A stretch of 64,000 nt of DNA from Mobula hypostoma (Eukaryota), in contig NC_086108.1 of NCBI RefSeq assembly GCF_963921235.1, positions 5,456,001-5,520,000 on the forward strand, in the 5' to 3' direction. Position 1 is the first letter of the stretch, and every line of letters begins with the position of its first letter. This document shows, in pieces, positions 40,593-54,482 of the stretch. The position numbers were made by a program, and so were the translations under genes. The notes below the pieces were generated by a model. The model was given only the letters and a program-made list of their open reading frames with translations, had not been told where the DNA came from and did not search any database.

Positions 40593-41732
40593 CTGTGTAA
40601 AGAAAGAAAGGTCTTGCTGAGTGTCGGGGTGGCAGGCTCAAGACCTGGCTGGTGCAGGAAGTTAAGTATAGATATTTTCCCTTTGGAGAAACCTTTATTA
40701 ACCCTAACGTCTTAGGAAATCAGAGACCCCAGAGGAAACCCACGTGGTCCCAGGAAGACAGAGACAAAGAAATACTTTTGGATGACTGTCCCTGTCAAAG
40801 TATAGGAAACAGGAGCTTCAATTACAAACAAACCCCAATTCACCATGTGATAATGCCCATAAGATATACTAGCAGAATCAGGCATTCGGCCCTCAAGTCT
40901 GCTCTGCCATTCTATCATGGCTGATTTATTATCCCATTTTCCTGCCTTCTCCCGTAACCTTTGACACCATGACCTGACTAACCAAGAACCAGATGAACTG
41001 CCCAGAGATGTTGATTGAGAGATTAATACTGGAGACACAAGAGATTTCAGACACTGGAATCTCTGGAGAAACATGGAAAAATACTGGAGGAACAGATCTG
41101 GTGGCATCCATGGACAGCAAGATGGAGCCAAAGCATGGATTCCCTATGCAGATCTCACAGTCATACAGCACTACAGCACAGAACCAGGATCTTTGGCACA
41201 CCTAGTCAGTGCTACACTGTTATTCTGCCTAGTCCCATCAACCCATATCTAGACCAATACACTTTACAACCTTCTCATCCACGTGCCAGTCCAAACTTCT
41301 CTTAACTGTTGCAATCGGACCCGCATCTACCTCTTGTGGTGGTAGCTCTCTACACACTCACACCACCTTCTGAGTGAATGAGAATCAGGTTTAAAACCAC
41401 CAGCATATGTCGTGAAACTTGTTATGTGGCAGCAGTACAATCCAATACATAGAAATAAAACCGAATTACAGTAAATATATGTATTAAATAGTTAAATTAG
41501 TGCAAAAAAATGTTGTGTTCATGGGTTCAATATTCATTCAGAAATCTGATTAGTTGAGTGTGTGCCTTCAGAATTCTGTACCTCCTCCCTGATAGTAGCA
41601 ATGAGAAGAGGGCATGATCTGGGTAATGGGGTCCTTAATGATGGATGCCACCTCCTTGACGGCATTGTTCCTCGAAGATGTCCTGGATACTACGGAGGCT
41701 AGTGCCCATGAAGGAGCTGACTAAGTTTACAA

Positions 41733-42394
41733 TGTAAATGTAACTTTGCTGGATCAAATAACGACAGCACAAAAAGATTGTTACTTATCTTTTCACCCGT
41801 TTATTTCTTCGAGCTCAGCCAGCGAGTGAACTTGGACCCGACATCAGGGAGAAACCCTTTCTCATCTCCCCGGCGGTTCTACAAATTCACTGCCTGATGT
41901 CAGAATTGTCAGAAGTTATAAGGCCATCGATACGAAAGAACAATCAGTTTGATAACCATTCCGGCCAAGTCAATGGACTATTGATACAAAGAACAATCAG
42001 TTTGATAACTGTTCCGGCCAAGTCAATGGACTATTGATACAAAGTACAATCAATTTGTTAGACACTCCAGCCACCTTAATTAAAGAAAAGAATATCCTAC
42101 CTGGTTTGCTGGAGCGACAACTTAATTACAAAGATAAGAACATCCGTCAAATGTATGCTTGAATTAAGAAAGAAATGTTCTGTCTAATTTCCATCAGGTA
42201 CTGCTTTTTGTCAAAATCAAAAGGTGTGAAAAGCCCAGAGATATCTATGTGGATCTGGGCAAACTTTAATCATCTTGCTCCAAAGAAGGCAGCTGTGAGA
42301 CATTATTCAAACACACTGCAGTGACAGACATAGTCAGTATTTAATTCATTGTTTACAGACATCTGAGAATCCCCCATTCCCTTAAACTTTATCA
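41733..42394 (-). mobile_element. Solo LTR with internal 53-bp tandem repeat
   Basis: TG...CA ends; 5-bp TSD TACAA (41728-41732 and 42395-42399); removing it restores the host LINE sequence gactaagtttacaactctctgcagc; minus-strand AATAAA at ~41800; 53-bp units at 41929, 41983 and 42036. Confidence 0.8.
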
Positions 42395-42734
42395 TACAAC
42401 TCTCTGCAGCTTACTTCAATCCTGTACAGTAGCCCCCCCACCTCCCAAATTAGACAGTGATGCAGCCAGTTAGAATGCTCTCCATAGTAAATCTGTAGAA
42501 ATTTGACAGTGTCTTTGGTGACATTCCAAGTCTCTTCAAACTCCTAATGAAATATAGCCACTGTCTGCCCTCTTTGCAACAATATGTTGAGCCCTCATGT
42601 TTCTGTTAAATATTTCACCTTTAAGCTATGAACTCTAGTTCAAGCTTCATCCAAATTCAGTGGAAAAAAGCCTTCTATTATAATTATAATACTATTTTAA
42701 ATCTAAATCCTTTGACTCTAAGAATTACAAATAA

Positions 42735-43480
42735 TGGTTTCCTTGTCGATTCGTCCCTACCCACTCATCTCACTCCTGGCACTTATCCCTGCCTATTCAC
42801 TTCCTCCCGCACCTCCATACAGTCCTTCTACACAAGGCAACATTTCATCTATCAACTTGCTGGGGTCACCTACTGTGTCCAGTGCTCTGGATGTACATCG
42901 GCGAGACATGTCGTAAACTGAGGGACCGCTTCGTTGAGCAGCTCTGCACCATTCACCACAAGCATAAATTCTCGATGGGTTAACATTTCAATTCCAATTC
43001 CCATTCCTGTTCTGTCATGTCAGTCTATGGCCTTTTCATGTGCCAAGATGAGGCCACCCTCAAGGTGGAGGCGCAATACCTTATATTCTGTCTGGGTAGT
43101 CTCCAAACTAAAGGCATGGATATCAATTTCTCCTCCATTAAAAAAAGATTTCCTCCCCTCCCCTCTTCTTCTATTCCCCACTCTGAACTCTTACCTCTTC
43201 TCGCCTATCACTTCTCCTTGATGTCCTTCCTCCTTATCATTCTCTTATAGTTCTCTTTCCTCTCCTATCAGATTTCTTCTTCTCCAGTACTTTATCTTTC
43301 CTAGCCAAATGGCTTCATCTATCACCTTCTAGCTTACCCTCCTTTCCCCTCCTGCACCTTTTTATTCTGGTGTCTTCTCCCTTCCTTTCCAGTCCTGATG
43401 AAAAGTCTCGGCCCAAAATTTTGATTATTTATTCATTACAATAGTTGCTGCCTGACCTGCTGAGCTCCTCCAGTATTGTG
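42735..43480 (+). mobile_element. Penelope-like element 3' fragment (GIY-YIG) with degenerate hammerhead
   Basis: AGVTYCVQCS.., IGETCRKLRDRFVEQL, CQDEATLKVEAQYLIFCLGSLQTKGMDINFS; gtcctgatgaaaagtctcggcccaaaa at ~43392-43418. Confidence 0.78.
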
Positions 43481-44618
43481 TCCAAAGGTTCATTTTAATA
43501 TCAGAGAATGTATTCCATATACAACCTGAAATTCACACTCTTCAGACATGCACTAAACAAGAAACCCCTGGAGTGACTGATAGAAACATCGAAGCCGCCA
43601 AAGTCCCCACTCCCTCCCTTTGCACAAACAGTAGCAAAAGCATCGAATGCCCCCCCCACACTCGTGCCAGCAGAAGCACCGAGGCACCCCCACCTACCCA
43701 CCATGCAAGCAACAGCAGAGGCCCCCCAAAGAGACCCCGATTCAGAGTCCATCAAAACTACAGTCCATAACCCAGCACTTCAGAATCTTAGACAGACCTT
43801 CTCTCCGTGTTACTCTTAATATTCTCTTCTTCCTAACACTTTATTCTGCGTTCTAGATATTCCTGTTACCTTTTGCTAACTCAAAGTTTAGATGGCGTGC
43901 AAAACCATTTTTGTCACTGTACATGTCAAGTATGAAGCAGTTTATAGTTGACATTTCAGGTCAGGACCCCTCATCTGGACTGAAAAAGTGGTGAAGGGAA
44001 GGGTGGATCCGAAGGAGAAGGGTCTATAGTTAGGGTGGGTAAGCAGATAGAGCAAGGAAGAGTGGAAACGATGACGAGAAGTGAGGAGATGATAGGTTTA
44101 ATCTGTCGTTGGTGAAGTCTAAAATGGAAGGAAAAAGTGAGTGTTGTGTGAGGATGTGGCTTATTTGCCAGACGAAAGCCACTTCCACCACGTTGGTCGT
44201 TGATTGATCCGTTTAAAAACTGCAGCTGCACTTAAGCTCTAGTTTTAAGCTCCTTGGAGATATCAGATTAGCACGTGTGGGAGGCTTTCTCTCACTTTTC
44301 CCCCTTTGCCTCCAGGGCACGTTTCACAGAACCACTGGGGAGTGTGCTCCACTCGCTCTTTTACCCAAGTAACTGTTTGCTGAATATTTAGTTTTGTAGT
44401 TTGTGTAACTTGGGGAAACTTAATTGTTTGGTCAATTTTTTTACTGTTGGTAAATAAATGATTAATACGCTTATTTGCAGTCAGTGTTTTATGTCTCATT
44501 CACCAAACTCGTGAACCCGTTTCCATGGTACAGTGGGAGAACAAAGTTTTAAGGACCAAATTAAAAAGACCATAAAGGCCTTGACAGAGTGGGTGTGGAA
44601 AGGATGTTTCCTATAGTG

Positions 44619-44698
44619 CATGGTGTCCCGCCCTTTTTTATGCCATGGACCCTTACAATTAACCAAAGGATCCTTGGACCACAGGTTGGGAACACCTG
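44619..44698. mobile_element. hAT MITE inserted in a CR1
   Basis: Perfect 8-bp TSD CTATAGTG (44611-44618 and 44699-44706); degenerate TIRs catggtgtccc / gggaacacctg. Confidence 0.85.
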
Positions 44699-45386
44699 CT
44701 ATAGTGGATGCGTCTAGGACCAGAAGGCACAGCCTCGGAATAGAGGGATATCAATTTAGAATGGAGTTGAGAGGGAATTTCTTCAGCCAGTGTGCTGAAT
44801 CTCTGGAATTCATTACTACAGATGGCTGTGGAGGCCGAGTCATTGAGTATATTTAAAGCGGAGATTGATGTCCTGATTAATCAAGAACCTATCAAAGGAT
44901 AGGGGGAGAAGGCAGGAGAACGAGGCTATGAGGGATAATAAATCAGCCATGATGGAACGGCAGAACTGACTCAAAGGGCTGAATGGTCATATTGTGCTCT
45001 TTATGGTTTTGTATTGTCAGCTCCCATTCCAGTTTTTTAAAAACTATTTGTCTAATTGAATCTAGTGCAATTCTCACAAGGTTCTCCTCTCTGGAGAAAA
45101 AGAGGTTAAAAGGAGACTTGATTCAAGTGTGTGGATGCTTTATGATAGGCAGGATGATGGGATTATATGACATAAATAGAGAGAAGCAATTTCCATTAAT
45201 GGAGTTCAAAGACCAGGGAAATTGATCGAAAGAGAAGTAGGAGGGATGTGTTATGAGGGACTTTTCCTTTAGCTCAGATATAGGTTGCGATCTGCAATTC
45301 ACTGCCTATAAGAGTGGTAGAAAAATCATCCAGAACTTTCATAGGAAAACTCAAAGTTCAATGTACATTTACTATCAAAGTAGGTA

Positions 45387-46385
45387 CAGTGCTACATAAA
45401 ACTCTTAAGCACGTGTCTATATCTAAGGTGGCTAAGACTTTTGCACAGTACTGTACTCATCATGGAGCAGAGAGTGAGTCTGTAAATCAGGCGGGAACAA
45501 ATGACGTTCGGAATGGGGAGCACTGTGGGAAGGGTGGCAGAGGAGGAGTGCTAGGCATGGGGGGGTGGAGGTGTGGCGTGGCTACAGACACACCCAGCCC
45601 TGAGGGACTAGGCAAGGTCATTTGATTCCAAACAGCTGGTTTACTGAGCATTACAGAATGTCTTTCTGGTGCTTCTTGCACCCTCCCCTCTCCCTTCCCT
45701 TTTTCCCAATCATGACTCTCCTCTCCCACTCTCAGTCCGTATAACCATATAACAATTACAGCACGGAAAGAGGCCATCTCGGCCCTTCTAGTCCATGCCG
45801 AACTCTTACCCTATCCTAATCCCACCAACCTGCACTCAGCCCATAACCCTCCATTCCTTTCCTGTCCATATAGCTATCCAATTTAACTTTAAACAACAAC
45901 ATTGAACCTGCCTCAACCACTTCTGCTGGAAACTCATTCCATAAAGCTACCACTCTGAGTGAAGAAGTTCCCCCTCATGTTACCCCTAAACTTTTGTCCT
46001 CTAATTCTCAACCCATATCCTCTTGTTTGAATCTTCCCCACTCTCAATGGAAAAAGTCTAACCACGTCAACTCTATCAATCCCCCTCATAATTTTAAACA
46101 CCTCTATCAAGTCCCCCCTTAACCTTCTACGCTCCAAAGAATAAAGACCTAACTTATTTAACCTTTCTCTGTAACTTAGGAGATGAAACCCAGGCAACAT
46201 TTTAGTAAACCTCCTCTGTACTCTCTCAATTTTATTGACATCTTTCCTATAATTCAGTGACCAGAATGGAATATACCATAACAGAATCAGGTTTATCATC
46301 ACTCACATATGTCATGAAATTTGTTTTTTTTTGCAGTAGCAATACAGCGCAGTACATTAAATTACTACAGTACGGTACAAAAGTC
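45387..46385. mobile_element. Second copy of the composite MITE, interrupted by a CR1 3' end (~45742-46270, minus strand)
   Basis: Palindrome 45387-45453, a core homologous to 760-1070, then after the CR1 a segment homologous to 1084-1185 ending in tacagtacggtacaaaagtc. Confidence 0.65.
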
Positions 46386-49300
46386 CAGGTGATCCAAGAC
46401 CACATGAAGAGCCAATGCGATTGCATCTGCCATTGACCTATTGCAGTGATAGACAAATTGCAGTGGGCCCAGGTTCTTGCTGAGACAGGAGTTAATTAAT
46501 CCATAAACAACTTCTCTAAGCATTTCATCACTGTAGAATACACTGAAAGTATATGGTACAGTCAGAATATGGTCAGACATGGACAGTGAGAGCAATTTCA
46601 AATTTCGGTATGTCAACATCTCTGAGGATCTATCCTGGGCCTAAGTCTCAATGCAGCTACGAAGAAGGCACAACAACTCCTATTTCTGTCCTACTGCACA
46701 GGACAGAAGTAAACTGCAGAGAGATGTAAACTTAGTCAGCTAGCCTCTGTCGTACCCAGGGCATCTTCAAGGAGCAATGCCTCAAAAAGTCATCATTACG
46801 ATCCCAATCACCCAGGTCATGACCTCTTCACATTTCTACCATCAGGAAGAGGGTACGGGAGCCTGAAGGCACACACTCAATGATTCAGGAACAGCTTCTG
46901 ATTACTGAAAGGACATTGAAGCCATGGGGGGGAGGGGGAGGGGGACAGAGGGAGAGATGGAGGAGATAGGGAAGCGGAGACGGTGACGTGGAGAAAGTCT
47001 TGGAGGGAGACAGAGAGGAATGAACTAAGAACATGAGTTGCAAATTCCTTGACAGTGAGAAGACCAGCCCATGAAAGTACTTTCAAGTTCTTCAATGATG
47101 GTAATTATGGCTCAAATGACTCTCATCTGTGCTCAAGACCTCTGCAGTGCAATGAAAAGGTAAGGAATTGTATTATTGGTATTGGGTCTTCTGCTCACTA
47201 CTGAGCAAGGGAAGAGATTACTTTCCTTCGAAACTACATCCATTAGTGAAATGCTCTGTGTGAGATACCCCATGGAACAGTAAACTTCAGTCATGAAAAC
47301 ATTTTTACAAAGCAGCCACGTAACAGTAATGACTTCACACAGGAAGAGAAAGAAAACAAATAACTGTTTAAGTGAATAAATGGCTGGGTTCCAATGCAAC
47401 ATCGCATAAAGGGAGTATCTTCTGTCTTTTAAGCAGGCAAGCCAATGAATCTCTTGGGAGGTTTCATTAAATGAAATGACAGTCACTTTCTGAACTGCAT
47501 AGCCTCACAAACAACAAAGCAAACAAGTTTCTGGGTTGGTGTTATTCATGCGAGGCGATTCCTGCACTCTGCCTCACTGCATTGAGCTGCAGAGGAGGTG
47601 ATGTGTACTGGTCACTCTCCACCCATCTTACACAGGTGACCATTCGAATGGACCACGAAGGTGAGTTTAACATTCCCACCGTGGAGAGGCACATCGCTGA
47701 ACCTATCCATGGTACAAACTTACTTGACAGTAATGGTCATTGTAGTTTTAATTAGACTTATTACAGAAACTTATAATGACAGAAACCTTCAATATTCTGC
47801 TGCTTCCTTCATCTTTCTCATGATCCTGAATAACCTTTTTACCAGATTACCAGTGGTAAAGCCCTCCCCACCATTAAGTACATCAACATGAAATGCTGTT
47901 GCAGGAAAGCAGCTTCCATCAGAGACCCCCACCACCCAGGACATGCTTTCTTCTCGCTGTGCCATCAGGAAGAAGGTTACAGGAGCCTCAGGACGCGCAC
48001 CACCAGGGTCAGGAATGGTTACTACCCCTCAGCCGTCAGGCTCTTGAACCAAAGGGACAACTTCACTTGCCCCATCATTGAAATGTTCCCACAACTAATG
48101 GACTCACTTTCAAGGACTCTTCATCACATGTTCTTGATATTTATTCTTTTAGTATTTGCACAGTTTGTTGTCTTCTGCACTCTGATTAAACACCCTAGTT
48201 GCTGCAGCCTTTCACTGATTCTCTTCTGGTTATTATTCTACCGACTTATTGAGTATGCCTGCAAGGAAATGAATCTCAAGGTTGCATATGGTGACATATA
48301 TGTACTTCGATAATAAAATTTAATTTGAACATTGTTAATATTAAAAACCAGATAAAGAAAAAAAAACTGCAAATGCCCGAACTCTTGAGATTAAAAAAGA
48401 GAGAAGGCTGGGAAAACCGGATTCAGTACACGAGTGTAAAGGGAAAGGGGAAAAAAATGATTGTTACTCCAGATCCGATCATCCTCATCATCAAGCCTGT
48501 TGTATGATGTGGACGACCATGGTCCTTCCACGGCCATGATTGTTCTTGGCAAGTTTTTCTACAGAAGTGGTTCGCCTTTGCCTTCTTCTGGGCAGTGGTC
48601 TTTACAAGACGGGTGACCTGCAGCAATTATCAATACTCTTCAGAGATTGTCTGCCTGGAGACAGTGGTCGTATAATCAGGACTCGTGATATGCACCGGCT
48701 GCTCGTACGACTATCCCCCGCCTCCCCTTCCCGTGACTTCACGTAACCCTGATCGGCGGGGGGGGGTCTCAGCAAGTGCTACACCTTGCCCAAGGGTGAC
48801 CCGAAGGGCTAGTGGAGGGAAAGAGCACCTTCTACCTCTTTTGGTAGGGGCACATCTCCACCCCGCCATCCATTCACTATATTGCTATTGCTGCCGTAAA
48901 ATAACAAATGTCACAACGTTCTGGTGCGACGTGCAGAGAAGCAGTTAGCATAACACTATTACAGTGCCAGAGATCAGGGTTCAATCCCTGTGCTGTCTGT
49001 GTGGAGTTTGTACGTTCTTTCCATGACCGTGTGGGCTTCCCATAGTCCAAAAGACGTACATGTTAGCAAGTTGTGGGCATGCTACGTTGGCACTGGAAGC
49101 ATGGCAACACATGCAAGCTGCCCTCAGCATATCCTCGGACAGTGTTGGTCGTTGACACAAACAATGTATTTCACCAGTTGTTTGGATGTACATGTGACAA
49201 ATAAAGCTAATCCTATATGGGTGGGTTGAGTTGTTCTCTAATCTTAGCAATTTACTTGCAAACATTTCATCACCATACGACGTGACATCATGAGAGCGCT

Positions 49301-50339
49301 GTTATTGATGGTGTGCCCTCTGGATGCTTGACCTTAAAATACCTATCGCCATTACGGAAACATAATTGCGATGTAGGCAAGAGGTCTTGTCACTCATTGG
49401 TTACATGGCAAACTCTGTGCAGTGTGGTCTGGAATTTTGCCTGAACTGACTCATAAAACAAAACAATTGCCGCCAGCCTGCGACCTCACAGCGTTGTTAT
49501 ACTGCGTGGCATGACCACAGCACCAAAGAGTCGAATTCCCTATTTCGATCCTCTATTAGCAATAGCAAACATACAATTAGCACCGAAACACAGAAACGTA
49601 GAAAACATACAGCACAATATAGGCCCTTCAGCCCACAAAGCTGTGCCGAACATGTCCCTACCTTAGAACTATCTAGGCTTTCCCCATAGCCCTCTATTTT
49701 GCTCAGCTCCATGTACCCATCCAGAAGTCTCTTAAAAGACCCTATCATTTCCGCCTCCACCACCGTCGCCGGCAGCCCATTCCATGCACTCACCACTCCC
49801 TGTGTGAAAAACTTACCCCTGACATCTCCTCCATACCTACTTCCAAGCACTTTAAAACTATGCCCTCTTGTGCTAGCCATTTCAGCCCTGGGGAAAAGCC
49901 TCTGACTATCCACACGATCAGTGGCTCTCATTATCTTGTACACCTCCATTAAGTATTACTGAGCAGTATGTCCGTGGTTAGCAAAAGATATGACCCCCGT
50001 GCTCCCAATCTACAAACTGCAACAAAATAAACATGAACACGTAACTTATTCCCTTCGCTTTTACCACACTCCTACTGATGTGACTAGTTACTATAATACA
50101 CAATAAATGCACAAAACTTACATAGCTCCTACAGAGTCGAAAGGGATAACACATCAGCCACGACTTATTGAGATACACTGTGGAATAGGCCCTTCCAGTT
50201 TTTGCCACCCAGCAATCCCTAATTTAACCCTAGCCCGATCACGGGGCAATTTACAATGACCAATTAATCTGCCAACTGGTATGTCTTTGGAACGTGGGAG
50301 GAAACCGGAGCATCCGGAGAAGACCCATGTGGTCTGGGG

Positions 50340-53300
50340 CAGGGGTAATCTGGATGAAAGGGACAGGTTGCACTTGAATCCGAGGGGACTAATATCCTTC
50401 CAGACAGGTTTGCTAAACCATTTGTTCAGAATGGTTTGAACTCATAGTTAGAGGGATTGGAACCAGTATGATAGAGTTGAGGATGAGCCTGCAAAGTATT
50501 ACAAGTAGATGATTAGTGAAATATGAATGTAAAGAAGGACAAGCCAGTAATTGGGCAGAAATGCAGACAGTTCAAAGAGTTAAATTGTACCACAGCGGCA
50601 AAATTCAAAAGGGCAAAGAATGCGGGAATACAGTTACTGTATTTAAATGTACATAGTATTTGGAATAAGGTGGGGGAACTTGTGGTGCAATTAGAGATTG
50701 GTTGGTATGATGTGGGCATCACTGCATTGTGGCTGAAAGAAGGTCATAGTTGGCAGCTTAATATTAAACGATATAGTTTGTATCAAGAAGACAGGCAGGA
50801 AGGCATAGGCGGTGGTGTGACACTGATGGTAAGAGAATTACATCTTTAGAAAGACTGACATAGGGTCAGAGAATGTTAAATCTTTGTGGGTGGAGTTTAC
50901 TGCAAGGGTGGAAAAAAAACATTTTGGGAATCATATATAGGCTTCCAAATTGTAGCAAAGATGTGGGGTTGAGATTGTAAAGGGAGCTGGAAAGGGCATG
51001 TAATAAGGGTATAATAAAGGTGTGACACAATTGTAATGGGGACTTCAATACGCAAGGGATTGGGAAAATCAGATTGGTGTGAGATCGCAAGAGAGGGGAT
51101 TTATTGGATGCATACGAGATGGCTTATTAGAGCAGCTTGTGCTTGAAACTACCCGAGGAAAGGCTATCTTAGATTGTGTAATAATCCAGATTTTATTAGG
51201 GAGGTTAAGGTACAGGAACACTTAGGAAACATTGATTATAATATGAATGAATTCATACTGCAATTTTAGAGAGAGAGAAGCACAAGTCACATGCATCAGT
51301 GTCGCAAAGGAAAAAGGGAATTACAGAGGCATTTGAGAGGAGTTTGCCCAGGTGGATTGATGGGGATACTGGCGGGGATGACGGCAAGGCAGCCGTGGTT
51401 GAACATTCTGGGAAGTTTACAAGGCACAGGATAGATATGTCTCACAGGAAGAAGTTGTCAATGGCAGGGGTAGGCAACCGTGGCTGACAAGGGAAGTTAA
51501 GGACTGCATAAAAGTCAAGGAAAGGATATATAATGTAGCAAAAGTGCGTGGGAAGTTGGGTGATTGGGAAGTTTTTAAAATTCAACAAAAGGCAACTAAA
51601 AAAGTCATAAGAAGGGAAAAATGGAATATGAATATAAAGGATAGTAAAAGATTTTCAGTTATACAAAGAATAAAAGAGAGGTGAGAGTTGATAACAGACC
51701 ATTAGAAAATGATGCTGGTGAGGTAGCAATGGGGAACAAAGAAATGGCAGATGAACTTAGTAAGTAGTTTGCATCAATCTTCACTATGGAAGACACTAGC
51801 AGTGTGCCAGAGGTCTGTGAGTATCAGTGAGCAGGAGTGAGTTTCATTGCTATTACAAAGGAAAACGAGCTCAATAAACTAAAAGGTCTTAAGGTGGGAA
51901 AGTCATCTGGACCAGATGTACTACATCCCAGAGTTCTGAAAAAGGTTTCTGAAGAGATAGCAGATACCTTGGTTATGATCTTTCAATAATCACTTGATTC
52001 TGGCATGGTTCCGGAGGACTGGAAAATTGCAAATGTCACTCCACTCTTTAAGAACGGAGGAAGGCAAAAGAAAGGAAATGATAGGCCAGTTAAACTAACC
52101 TCAGTGGTGGGAAAAGTGTTGGAGTTTATTATTAATGACGAGGTTTTGGGGTACTTGGACACTAATGATAAAATTAGTCAAAGTCAGCATGGTTTCTGCA
52201 AAGGAAAATCTTGCCTGGCAAGTCCATTAGGGTTCTTCAAGGAAGTAACAAGCAGGGTGGACAAAGGAGAGGCAGTGGATGTCATTTACTTGGATTTTCA
52301 GAAGGCATTTGATAAGATGCCATACATGAGGCTGCTTAACAAGATAAAATCCTATGGCCTTACAGGAAAGACACTGGCACGGTTAAAGGAATGCCTGACA
52401 GGCAGGAGGCAGTGAGTGGGAATAAAAGGGGCCTTTTCTGGTTGACTGCCAGTGACTAGTGGTGTTCCTCAGGGTAGAGTATTAGGACCGCTACTTTTCA
52501 CATAGCTTGTCAGTGATTTGGATAATGGAATTGATGGCTTTGTGGCAAAGTTTGTGGATGATACGAAGATAGGTAGAGGGGTAGGTGGTGTGATTGCAGC
52601 AGGAATAAGATAAATTAGAAGAATGGGCAAAAAAGTGACAGATGGAATACAGTGTTGGGAAATGTATGGTAATGCATTTTGGTAAAAGGAACAAAAGAGC
52701 AGGTAACTTAAATGGGGAGAAAATTCAAACATCAGAGGTGCAAAGGGACTGAAGAGATCTCGTGTAAGACTTCCAGGTTAACTCACAGATTGAGTCTGTG
52801 GTAAAGAAGGCGAATGCAATGTTGGTATTCATTTCAATGGGAATAGAATACAAAAACAAGGAGGTAATGCCAAGGTTTTGTAGAACACTAGTCAGGCCAC
52901 ACTTGGGAGTATTGACAACAGTTTTAGACCCCATATCTCTGAAAGGATGTGCTGTCATCGGAGAGAGTCCAGAGGAAGTTCACGAGGATGATTCCAGGGA
53001 TGAAGCTGGTAACATATGAGGAGCATTTGGCAGCTTTGGGCCTGTACTCACTGGAATTTAGAAGAATGCAGGGGAATCTCATTGAATCCTACCAAATGTT
53101 GAAAGGTGGACGTGGAGAGGATGTTTCCTCTGGTGGGGTGTCCAGAACTAGAGGGCAAAGCCTCAAAATTGAGGGGCAACCTTTTAGAACAGAGATAATG
53201 AGGAATCTTTTTTAGCCAGAGAGAAGTGAATCTGTGGGATGCTCTGCCACAGACTGCTGTGGAGGCCAAGACTGTGGGCATATTTAAAGCAAAAATTGAT

Positions 53301-53445
53301 AGCTTCCTGATTGGTCAAGGCATCAAAAGTTATGGCAAGAAAGAAGACATATGGAGTTGAGTAGGATCCAGGATCAGTAATGATGGAATGGCAGTACAGC
53401 CTTGACGGCCTGAATGGCCTGATTCTGCTCCTATGTCTAATGGTC
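50340..53445 (+). mobile_element. Long CR1 LINE: ORF1 esterase C-terminus plus degenerate ORF2 (APE endonuclease and RT)
   Basis: KRDRLHLNPRGTNIL (SGNH-type), LYLNVHSIWNKVGEL...YDVGITALWL (APE), VPEDWKIANVTPLFK, VIYLDFQKAFDK, KFVDDTK; 3' tail ctatgtctaatggtct. Confidence 0.9.
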
Positions 53446-53861
53446 TCGGGGAGAATATACACTCTCCTTACAGACAGCAGTGGGAATTGAACCCTGGCTG
53501 CCTGTACTGGAGAGTGTTGGGCTCAACCACTATGCTACCATGTTGCCCCTCTGTTAACTTATCAACCAGTAGGTCTTTGAACAGGGGGAGGGAACTGGAG
53601 CACCCACAGAAAACCCCAGCAGTCACAGGGAGAACGTACAGACTTCTTACAGGCAGCAGTGGGAAATTAACCTGGGGTACCGGTACTGTAAAGCTCTGTG
53701 CTAACCACTACGCTACCGTGCTGCCCCTTAGAAATGGGTAGCAGACTCAATGGGCCAAATGGCCTGATTTTGCTCCTATGTCTCATGGTCCTACATGCTG
53801 GCACCAACAAACTGTTCTCCCTCAGTTGCTCATCAGCTCCCTTGAATTAACAGTCAGATAT

Positions 53862-54482
53862 TAGATTAGATTGAGGACACGCAGTCCTCTTTTATTGTCA
53901 TTTAGTAATGCATGCATTAAGAAATGATACAATATTCCTCCGGTGTGATATCACAGAAACACAGGACAGAACAAGACTGAAAAACTAACAAAAACCATAT
54001 AATTATAACATATAGTTACAACAGTGCAACAACACCATAACTTGATGAAGAACAGGTCATGGCACAGTAAAAAAGTCCAAGTCTCTCGAAAGTCCCACAT
54101 CTCATGCAGACGGGAGAAGGAGGAAAACTCTCCCCGCCATGCCTGACCACAGTCCGACTCTGAGTTGTCCAAAAACTTTGAGCTCTGATCAGCCCTCCAA
54201 CACCGAGTACTGAGCACCATCTCTGCCGAATGCTTCGACCTCAGCCTTGGTCGCCAGCAGCAGGCAAAGCAGGGGGATTTGGGGCCTTCCCTCCGGAGAT
54301 TCTCAATCGCACAGTAGCAGCAGCAGCGAACTGGCATTTCAGAAATTTCTCCAGATGTTCCTCTGTGCTTTCACATCTGTCTCCATCAAATCAGAGTTAT
54401 TCACGGCCCCTATTTAACAGATACAATATCGTTTCACCGGAGAGCTGCGCGCACTGCATCACGCTCCCATCTTCTCCTCCCG
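53862..54482 (-). mobile_element. Young non-autonomous retroposon with LINE-type 3' tail
   Basis: CpG-rich 5' part; 3' end aataaaagaggactgcgtgtcctcaatctaatctaa; no coding capacity recognised. Confidence 0.5.

Noticed and set aside
41929..42060. CRISPR-like array from the 53-bp repeats (also the 95-bp repeats at 38122)
   Set aside because: Head-to-tail tandem units without unique spacers, inside eukaryotic retroelements; no cas genes.
44140..44532. Third solo LTR
   Set aside because: LTR-like composition and AATAAA, but no convincing TSD or defined 5' boundary.
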